From Planctomycetales bacterium (GTDB lineage Bacteria; 4484-113): a stretch of DNA of 64,000 nucleotides. Each line of letters begins with the position of its first letter. Position 1 is the first letter of the stretch. The stretch is from NCBI GenBank assembly GCA_037441675.1, contig JBBIRS010000006.1, positions 1 through 64,000 on the forward strand. The letters run 5' to 3'. Made by a program: the position numbers and the translations under genes. The notes below the pieces were generated by a model. It saw only the letters and a program-made list of their open reading frames with translations. It was not told the origin of the DNA and made no database searches. This document shows, piece by piece, positions 57,792-64,000 of this stretch.

Positions 57792-60700
57792 TTAACCGTT
57801 CTTTCTGGAAAAGACTGGGAATGATAGGCCTGCGTCATCAGTAAAGCCGTAAACGACCGCCGGTTGACCTGCAACTTCCATTAGGAAGCAATACTGACCT
57901 GAGATGTCGGTAGTTCGGTCAACCCACTCAACGCTCCATGTTCCCGAGCCATCCGCAGCTGAGTTAACGAGATATACTAAGTTCTCGGTGGAATCATCCG
58001 CACCACGATAAGCGGAGATTGCTGGTAAACCGCCAACAATAGCGAGGGAGACAAAGTCGTTAAAGCCGGGGTAGAAGAGCTCAGTCTTGGTCCAGTTCGG
58101 TGTCAGGCCATCTGCGGTTGTTGCTCTGGCGAAGTAAAGTTTGCCGGTTTGCCTGTCAATATAAGCGCCAGCAGGTCTTCCGGATACTACCGCTAGAGAG
58201 CACGCGTTGAATGTGGCGCCAGCGGTTGTGTCAACATCAACGGTTGTCCAAGTCCCAAGACCATCCGCCTGGGAGTTTCTAGCGTAACGAACGATAGGAC
58301 TGATATCTCCAGTGTAAAGTACTGCGGGATTACCACCGACAATCGCAAGACTTACGGAGCTGAAAGTGTCGGAGCTGTCTATAATTCCCAATTGCCAAGT
58401 CCCCAAGCCATCTGTTGTGTTGCTTTTTGCGTAAGCGACATTCCCATTATTGTTAATATAAGCGACAAATGGAGCCCCTCCAGCTATACCGAGAGAATAA
58501 CTGGCGCCCAAGTTTCCTTCGGCCGAACCTGTTATGTTTGCCGAACTCCAGCTCCCAGATCCATCTGGCTGAGAGCTCTTCATAAACCTTATCTGGAACG
58601 CGGGCGGGCGAGAACCAATGTTATGCAAGTAAACAAATGCAGGAGTGGTTTCAACGATTGCAAGATTTGAAACAGGGGATGAAGAGTTTGCTGGATCGCC
58701 ACTATTAGTAATTTGCTGAGGTGCGCTCCAGGCGCCGGAGCCATCCGAATTAGCGTTACGAGAGTAGAATATCTCATACGGACCCATATCTGATAGTGCA
58801 ATATGTATTATCGCTGGGTTCCCATTTGCTATTGCCATAGACGTGAAAATTCCGCCATCTCCTTGATTATCAACCACACTTCTAGACCAATTTGTTCCCA
58901 GCGTTTTTAACTCAACATCCATTGCATAATCGTAGTTCGTGGAAACTCCTGTAATGCTCGCTCTTATGTACCAAGTTCCGCTAGATTCAACAGGCCATTC
59001 AAGGATTTGAATGCCATTCGTAACACGATACGAAGTAGCTATCGTTTGGTCAGAGGAGTTTCTCACTCTTAGCCTTATCGCGTTACCTAGATCGCCTGCG
59101 TTTGGATCATAATCTGCTCTCGCAAGGAGAATCTGACCAACGGATGCAGTAAAGGTGAAGTAATCCCAAGTCCCACCATCGTAACCACCGGTTCCGAGGT
59201 TCGCTAGGAAATCCGTTTCGGGCAGTGTAAAGAGATTGGCCTCACCAAGAGAGTTGTTAGGCTCAGTTTCGTCATAGCCAACGGTGAAGTTAAAAGTTTC
59301 GTCAGCATCTGGGAGAATACCGTTGGAAACTTGAAGCCGAATCGGATAAGTTCCAAAGACGTTAGGCACTGTAATATCTGGAGCGGTAACAGTGTCTCCA
59401 CTGCCTGAGTAAGTTTCAGGACTAAAGCCATCTCCCGGATTTCCAAAAGTCCAAGTATAGTTAAACGGAGTTGTTCCGGTAACTTGAGCGGAGAAATCAA
59501 CTGTTTGACCAGCGCCTGCGCTTAGCGGAGATATACTGATTATTTCTGGCGGGAAGCCTGTGCTAGCAATGGAGTAGCTGAAGTTAACAATTGTGGTTCC
59601 ATAGTTATTGGTAATTGCGACTGTGCCATTGCGAGGCCCAGGAGTTCCGGTAATAGTAACAGTCGTTTGTGAGTCAGATTCTGATGGCGCGGAAGGATTT
59701 GCCCAGTCACCATTGCTGTCGGAGAAATTCCAAGTGTAGTTTAAGAAGGGACCAGTGCCAACCGCGCTAGCAGTAAATGTAACCTCTGTTCCTTGCTCAG
59801 CGGTTGGTGGGTTACCCATGACATTGCCATTAAAGGGCCGATAACCAACGTCTATATTGAAATTCACAGGACCAGCACTGCCAAAGGGATTTGATACGCT
59901 CAATGAACCCGTGTCAGTTCCTTCGTTTACTCCGACGACTGATGGTTGTCTCTCATTGGAACTAGAGGGATTGCACAGCGTTCCAAACTGCCAGTTAAAG
60001 GTTAAAGGTTCACTACCGCTAACATCGGCGGAGATATTTCGCGCTGGGTCTGGGATTGAAACAATAAATGGATCAGGAGTAATACTGTCAATTAGCGGAG
60101 GTTCTCCTGGGTTTACCCTGAAGTCAATGGTCATTTCGTCAGTCAGGCTGTTTTTGTCAGAAACCTGAAGACTAACCTGATAATCACCAGGTGCTCCTAG
60201 CGTTGCGGTAGGTCGCTCAATTGTTGGGTTGTCCACAGTCCAACTAACTGGGAAAGTCCACTGGAAAGCGTAAGGCGGTGTCCCACCTATGACTGTCGGA
60301 GTAAACTGAACGTCAGACAGTTCAGTTCCACTTTGCGGTTGAATGTCAGTGATATCAGGAGGTGTTAGAAGCAGTACGTCAAATGGGAATGTCTCTGTGT
60401 CACTTAATCCGCTCGCATCCGTCACTTCAAGGGTGATGGCGTAAGTATTGGGATCAGTTGGCACAACGATGCCAGGTGCGGTAACGGTATCACCACTGGC
60501 GGAGTAAGTTTCAGGGTTGAAGCCATCTCCGGGCGATCCAAATGTCCAGTTGAAGTTAAAGGGTGGAGTTCCTGTAACATCAGCGGTGAAGTCTATAACC
60601 TGACCAGGGCTACCTGAGCTTGGGCTGATTGAGTTGATCTCAGGACCAATTGGAGAGGGTTCGATCAGATACTCGTTTGAGCGTATAGTCTCGTCACTTA

Positions 60701-61439
60701 CCCCTGTTGCATCAAATGGAATTACACTAACATACACTGGAACTGTTGGGGGAGTAACTTCAACTTCTTTGAGGAATATATCTCTTCCCTCTGGAATAAC
60801 TGACCTTTCAGCAAAAGTAACATCTACAATGTCAGTATAAGTTGTTGAACCATCCTCGCGCATTTGAATTTTGTATCCGTCCACCTTTCTTCTGAAATTT
60901 GATGCAAGTGGCGCTACTTCTCTAATATCCACAACTTTGTCATTGTTGTAGTCCGCAAGTTCTGCCATTGGATTGTCCGAGGGGTTATCATATCTGCCAA
61001 AGAAGTTATCAGCTATTGGTTTTACATCACGAATATCAACGACTCCATCTTCGGTTCCATCACCTTGATTTTGATAGCTCCATTGAAGCGACCACTGCCC
61101 AGGGGCTAAGACTGTTACGGTTAGGTCGTCAACCTTACTACCGTTTCCAACTGGTGGCGCGGATACCGTTTTGGAATTCAGAGAAATGCCATTTCTGACT
61201 AACTGATAAATAAGTTCTTCTTTCAGTTCCTTAAATAATTTCTCGTCCACACCTGATGGAGTTTCCGCTTTCATTATTTCTTCGCCGATGGTTAATTCGG
61301 TTTGGAAAATAGGCGGGAGGGGGCGAGGGGTTGACAAAGATTTGGTGCCACTTGAACCACCACAGCTTCCTGCAAAAATAAAAATTGTGAGGGCTGTCAC
61401 AATTAGCGCATAAGTTGCTACTTTTTGTTTTGAATACAT
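57792..61439 (-). CDS. Large lipoprotein: dockerin-like domain, ~5 PKD repeats, PPC-like domain, Asp-box beta-propeller
   Basis: Lipobox FAGSC; DGTEDGVVDIRD / DYNNDKVVDIRE; WxF PKD repeats; EPNN..DYF; six YxxxxxxDGxGxW-like blades. Confidence 0.85.
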   Translation of the reverse strand: MYSKQKVATYALIVTALTIFIFAGSCGGSSGTKSLSTPRPLPPIFQTELTIGEEIMKAETPSGVDEKLFKELKEELIYQLVRNGISLNSKTVSAPPVGNGSKVDDLTVTVLAPGQWSLQWSYQNQGDGTEDGVVDIRDVKPIADNFFGRYDNPSDNPMAELADYNNDKVVDIREVAPLASNFRRKVDGYKIQMREDGSTTYTDIVDVTFAERSVIPEGRDIFLKEVEVTPPTVPVYVSVIPFDATGVSDETIRSNEYLIEPSPIGPEINSISPSSGSPGQVIDFTADVTGTPPFNFNWTFGSPGDGFNPETYSASGDTVTAPGIVVPTDPNTYAITLEVTDASGLSDTETFPFDVLLLTPPDITDIQPQSGTELSDVQFTPTVIGGTPPYAFQWTFPVSWTVDNPTIERPTATLGAPGDYQVSLQVSDKNSLTDEMTIDFRVNPGEPPLIDSITPDPFIVSIPDPARNISADVSGSEPLTFNWQFGTLCNPSSSNERQPSVVGVNEGTDTGSLSVSNPFGSAGPVNFNIDVGYRPFNGNVMGNPPTAEQGTEVTFTASAVGTGPFLNYTWNFSDSNGDWANPSAPSESDSQTTVTITGTPGPRNGTVAITNNYGTTIVNFSYSIASTGFPPEIISISPLSAGAGQTVDFSAQVTGTTPFNYTWTFGNPGDGFSPETYSGSGDTVTAPDITVPNVFGTYPIRLQVSNGILPDADETFNFTVGYDETEPNNSLGEANLFTLPETDFLANLGTGGYDGGTWDYFTFTASVGQILLARADYDPNAGDLGNAIRLRVRNSSDQTIATSYRVTNGIQILEWPVESSGTWYIRASITGVSTNYDYAMDVELKTLGTNWSRSVVDNQGDGGIFTSMAIANGNPAIIHIALSDMGPYEIFYSRNANSDGSGAWSAPQQITNSGDPANSSSPVSNLAIVETTPAFVYLHNIGSRPPAFQIRFMKSSQPDGSGSWSSANITGSAEGNLGASYSLGIAGGAPFVAYINNNGNVAYAKSNTTDGLGTWQLGIIDSSDTFSSVSLAIVGGNPAVLYTGDISPIVRYARNSQADGLGTWTTVDVDTTAGATFNACSLAVVSGRPAGAYIDRQTGKLYFARATTADGLTPNWTKTELFYPGFNDFVSLAIVGGLPAISAYRGADDSTENLVYLVNSAADGSGTWSVEWVDRTTDISGQYCFLMEVAGQPAVVYGFTDDAGLSFPVFSRKNG

Positions 61440-61624
61440 TTATTTCCTCCTCTAAACGAATTGATCCGTCCCTTCTGGTAGCTATTCCCCTAGTCAATAT
61501 TATAACTCAAAATTCAGAAATGAAAATCAAGGTTCTTGGATTATAACCGAAACGAGATAACAGGAAAGCTCACCTTTAATTTGAAATGCTAGCTTCTTCA
61601 CAAGTTAGCACCTGAGAAGTAAAC

Positions 61625-64000
61625 CTAATTTATGAGCTCTGAGCTGACATCCATGCTGTAATCCGTGGTAGGACCGCTACGGTAGAAGCACCTTATATAG
61701 TATCTGCCATCAGCATCAACGTCCCATTGAAGTTCCTGTAAGCCATCTCCGACTATTATCCCATCAGCTTTCACTACTCCGCCGGAGTCAAGTAGACGGA
61801 AGCCGAAATCCGTATCCGAATTATACTCAATAGTTGCAGTTAATCTTTGCCCTACTAATAAATCAACGAAAAAGTAATCGTTTTCATCACCATCGTATCC
61901 GCCAGGTCCGAGATTACCCCAGAAATCAACCACCGGCAGAGTTGGTAGAGCGTTTGCCTGGCTAGGCAGATCATTGTTCTCTATTTCGTTATAAAGAATT
62001 GTGAGTGTGAAATTATAATTTGCGGTCCCGACAGAGTTTGAAACGGTGAGCAATGAATTATAGCGCCCTGGATAAAGAAGCCTAATAGAGGCGGTCACAG
62101 TGTCAGAATTTCCTGATACTATCAGTGGTTCCGTTCCGCCACCAAAGTCCCAAGTGAAATCATATGGTGGGTCACCAGTAACGCTAGCGGTGAGACTAAG
62201 TTCTTCTCCCGCCCTGCCGGATTTTGGTGTTACGTTTAGTATGCTTGGTGGTAGCAGAACTTTTTCAGTAATTTGGAATGTAAAAGCTAATATGTCAGTA
62301 TCAAAGATATTTCCAATCAAAAGCCATCCGGCGTAAACGTCCGCGAGAGCGGTTAAAGTCACCTCGGGACTTTCTTCTATGCTTGCTTCAGGTTCAGCCC
62401 ATCCGCTAAAGTTCCAGATGTAATAGATAGGTAAACTACCAGTAGTTCTTGCGCTAAACGTTACTATTGAATCTTTAACACCGCTGGTAGGCGATATGTC
62501 AATTATTTGCGGACGATAACCAACATTTATCGCAAAGTTTTTGCGTGCAGTGCCTAGAGGGTTTCTAACCTCTACATAAGCGCTATAAAAACCAGGGAAA
62601 GTCGGCTCGACCCTAGGAAACTTCTCGGTGGAAGTGTTAGGTGTAGCTGCCCCACCGAAATTCCAGTTGTATGTGAGTGGCTCTACACCTTCCGCCTCAA
62701 CAGAGAATCGCGCCTCCTCAAACATAGGCAAGTTTGCTGGTGAAGGAGAAATACTGAGAATTCTTGGTCGCTCACCAAATACTACCTTTACCTGTGTTTT
62801 AAAGGTATCAACTCCAAGCTCGTTAGAAACAGTTAGCTGAACAGAATAATTCCCAGGCTCTGGAGTTGTTACCGTGGGGTTAGCCAAATTTGGATTATCT
62901 ACCAAAAAGTTTTCTGGGAATTGCCACTCATATTCAAATGGCGGGTCCCCAGAAAGAATGGCAGAAAAAGTAACGCTGGTTTGGTCATAGGTTTGAGTTG
63001 GACTTATTCCTAAAATTAGTGGCGCACCGCTTGGTTGGATGCGAAATCTTATCAAAACGCTGTGCGAACCAAATGGATTGGTCACAGTTAAAGCAATGTT
63101 ATAGTCTCTAGGGGTACTAAGCAAGACAGTTGGATGCGCCTCGCTTGATTCTGTTGGCTCCCATGTGCTAGGAAAGCCCCAACTATATGTCAAAGACTCT
63201 CCACCCACTACCTCAGCGGAAAAGGTAACTTCTTCGCTCTCTCTGCCAGAGGTTGGTGAAATCGCGAGAATTCTCGGAGCTCCTATGTAAACTGGATGAG
63301 AAGGTTCGCCAGAATTTCCTTCCACATCTATGGGAGTAACAAAAATACCAGTGCCTTCTGAGGGTAGGGTACCTGAGCGAAAGCTTGAGTTGGGCACATC
63401 TACAATAAAGTAGTCATTTCCAATACTGGGAGTTCTTTCATCAAAGGATACGCGGACAAGTTCATAATTCTCTCCGTCCAAAGGATTTGACACGTAAACT
63501 AAATAGGCTGAAACACTTGCACGGAAATTCTGAGCCAGAGTCTTCACATCACTTATATCAACCACTCCATCTAGGTTGTAATCTGCGACTCGGGCTAGCG
63601 GGTTATTTGAGGTTTTCAAGAAATTCTCAGCAATTGGGATTAGGTCGGAAAGATTCACCACACCATCTTCTGTGCCATCGCCTTGATTTTTGTATGTCCA
63701 CTTGAGCTGTATGGATTCATCATCATAAGCGATAATTTCCAGATCATTGACTTGATTTAAGATGCCGGTGGGGGCAACTTGAGTGCTTTTGACGCTATTA
63801 GAACCAGCCTGTTGGTAAATCTCTTTTATCAGCTCTTCTTTAAGTCGCTCAAATAAATCTTTTCCTACTCCTTTTGGAGTTGGCAGTTCTATTATTTGAT
63901 TGACAAGTTCCAGTTGAAGACTTGATTTGACTTCTTCATTTTTTTGGTTAGCGATTAACTTCTTTTCTCCACTCGCAGAACAGCTTGCTAGCAGGAACAA
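61625..64000 (-). CDS. Paralogous dockerin-like/PKD/PPC lipoprotein (5' end beyond the window)
   Basis: Lipobox LLASC; same N-terminal PxGV..LF..LKEEL and YxNQGDGTEDGVV motifs; ~5 PKD repeats; ENND..DYF. Confidence 0.85.
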   Translation of the reverse strand: MFLLASCSASGEKKLIANQKNEEVKSSLQLELVNQIIELPTPKGVGKDLFERLKEELIKEIYQQAGSNSVKSTQVAPTGILNQVNDLEIIAYDDESIQLKWTYKNQGDGTEDGVVNLSDLIPIAENFLKTSNNPLARVADYNLDGVVDISDVKTLAQNFRASVSAYLVYVSNPLDGENYELVRVSFDERTPSIGNDYFIVDVPNSSFRSGTLPSEGTGIFVTPIDVEGNSGEPSHPVYIGAPRILAISPTSGRESEEVTFSAEVVGGESLTYSWGFPSTWEPTESSEAHPTVLLSTPRDYNIALTVTNPFGSHSVLIRFRIQPSGAPLILGISPTQTYDQTSVTFSAILSGDPPFEYEWQFPENFLVDNPNLANPTVTTPEPGNYSVQLTVSNELGVDTFKTQVKVVFGERPRILSISPSPANLPMFEEARFSVEAEGVEPLTYNWNFGGAATPNTSTEKFPRVEPTFPGFYSAYVEVRNPLGTARKNFAINVGYRPQIIDISPTSGVKDSIVTFSARTTGSLPIYYIWNFSGWAEPEASIEESPEVTLTALADVYAGWLLIGNIFDTDILAFTFQITEKVLLPPSILNVTPKSGRAGEELSLTASVTGDPPYDFTWDFGGGTEPLIVSGNSDTVTASIRLLYPGRYNSLLTVSNSVGTANYNFTLTILYNEIENNDLPSQANALPTLPVVDFWGNLGPGGYDGDENDYFFVDLLVGQRLTATIEYNSDTDFGFRLLDSGGVVKADGIIVGDGLQELQWDVDADGRYYIRCFYRSGPTTDYSMDVSSELIN

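Overview
This is a chromosomal window from a bacterium of unclear, probably deep-branching lineage, using the standard genetic code. It is mostly housekeeping, and I found no intact mobile element or CRISPR array. In order it contains: the 3' end of a CopA-type ATPase; an ECF sigma/ZAS anti-sigma pair with a recognisable self-promoter; rpsP-khpA-rimM; DUF881-sbp-ftsA with no adjacent ftsZ; a GlmL-like ATPase module with no mutase; a DUF1858 gene plus an atypical IscU; tRNA-Ser followed by a heavily decayed histidine kinase; an alternative sigma70 and a PflX-like radical SAM gene; MocR plus a lipoprotein; a class II GAPDH-like enzyme; panE and dinG; a respiratory divergon; tuf-rpmG-trnW-secE-nusG-rplKAJL-rpoBC; an enlarged RNase P RNA; several pseudogenes; and two paralogous dockerin/PKD lipoproteins. 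The best candidate for an undescribed system is the respiratory divergon at 26.6-40.3 kb. On one side is a 7-heme cytochrome c, cytochrome b and 9-heme cytochrome c module. On the other is a complex I operon (nuoABCDHIJKLM) that lacks nuoEFG and nuoN here, and whose NuoI and NuoH carry extra membrane helices. Three Rex-like operators lie in or next to the shared promoter region. All calls come from motif recognition by eye; no database searches were run.
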